Below are positions 63,671 through 64,000 of a DNA stretch of 64,000 bases, piece after piece (positions within the stretch are counted from its first letter, which is position 1; each line of letters opens with the position of its first letter). The translations under genes were made by a program, and so were the position numbers. Origin of the DNA: Camelus ferus (lineage: Eukaryota); the NCBI RefSeq assembly GCF_009834535.1, contig NC_045698.1, positions 2,854,001 through 2,918,000 of the forward strand, read 5' to 3'. The notes below the pieces were generated by a model. That model ran no database searches. It was given only the letters and a program-made list of their open reading frames with translations, and was not told where the DNA came from.

Positions 63671-63809
63671 CTCGTTTTCTGTATCCAATTTGTCTACAGG
63701 TACTTTTGTTATCCCAGAAAGAGCTGGTGATTCATGATCAGCTTTATTTGAGATCTCCTGAACTTTCAGTAGGGAACTCCTTTTTTTCCTGTGTTCTATT
63801 CTTTGATTT
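63671..63809 (-). pseudogene. Putative exon, 139 nt; open frame NQRIEHRKKRSSLLKVQEISNKADHESPALSGITKVPVDKLDTENE (intact exon or remnant)
   Basis: Acceptor atgtttgtgttttaaaag| and donor GAG|GTAAAT. Another good acceptor (atgttttctacag|) follows at 63409. Confidence 0.5.
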
Positions 63810-64000
63810 CTTTTAAAACACAAACATTCAAGGTGTTAAAATATATATGAATTACCAAGGACCTCCACAAAGAGAATGCAGTATGTTCTTCACAGAGACC
63901 CAAAAGTATTTAGTGCGCTTTGAGGTCTAAATAAACATACCAGGCAAAAAAAAAAAAAAATACAAGCAAATAAATAAAGTATCCAGGTAGATCTTGATAT

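Larger units (their letters stand above)
3999..63809 (-). pseudogene. Candidate decayed multi-exon gene (unitary pseudogene), identity unknown; may extend beyond the window
   Basis: At least 10 minus-strand AG..GT/GC-bounded segments with largely chaining phases and protein-like translations. They are interrupted by TGA/TAG stops and a GT>AT donor (see individual exons). Confidence 0.55.

Noticed and set aside
3999..63809. Naming the decayed gene (considered C10orf67, OFCC1, CCDC162, C6orf118, IQCA1)
   Set aside because: The recovered peptides do not convincingly match what I recall of these proteins, so no symbol is assigned.
1..64000. Prokaryotic-type systems (operons, CRISPR arrays, rRNA)
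   Set aside because: Mammalian repeat content throughout, with no spaced direct-repeat arrays or dense ORFs.

Overview
Mammalian genomic DNA, most likely from a camelid (alpaca/camel): two Vic-1-type tRNA-derived SINEs and several young cetartiodactyl-type L1 3' ends point to this. I recognise no intact, nameable protein-coding gene. The long ORFs in the track come from CpG islands or repeats. The window has two CpG islands (~2.2-3.9 kb, ~19.0-20.2 kb), many interspersed repeats (L1, L2, MIR, CR1/L3, MLT1/MLT2/LTR16, MER53) and several repeat-free, enhancer-like blocks. The main non-obvious structure is a chain of minus-strand exon-like segments across nearly the whole window (~4.0-63.8 kb). 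They have good splice signals and mostly compatible phases, but carry in-frame stops, apparent frameshifts and a GT>AT donor. This looks like a decayed multi-exon gene (candidate unitary pseudogene) that I could not name. Other oddities: AT>GC-shifted old LTRs (possible GC-biased gene conversion), a 44-bp inverted copy, a hybrid MLT2/MLT1 retroelement, twin-primed L1s and reuse of one L1 target site. Repeat family calls are by eye from remembered consensus sequences, and their boundaries are approximate.
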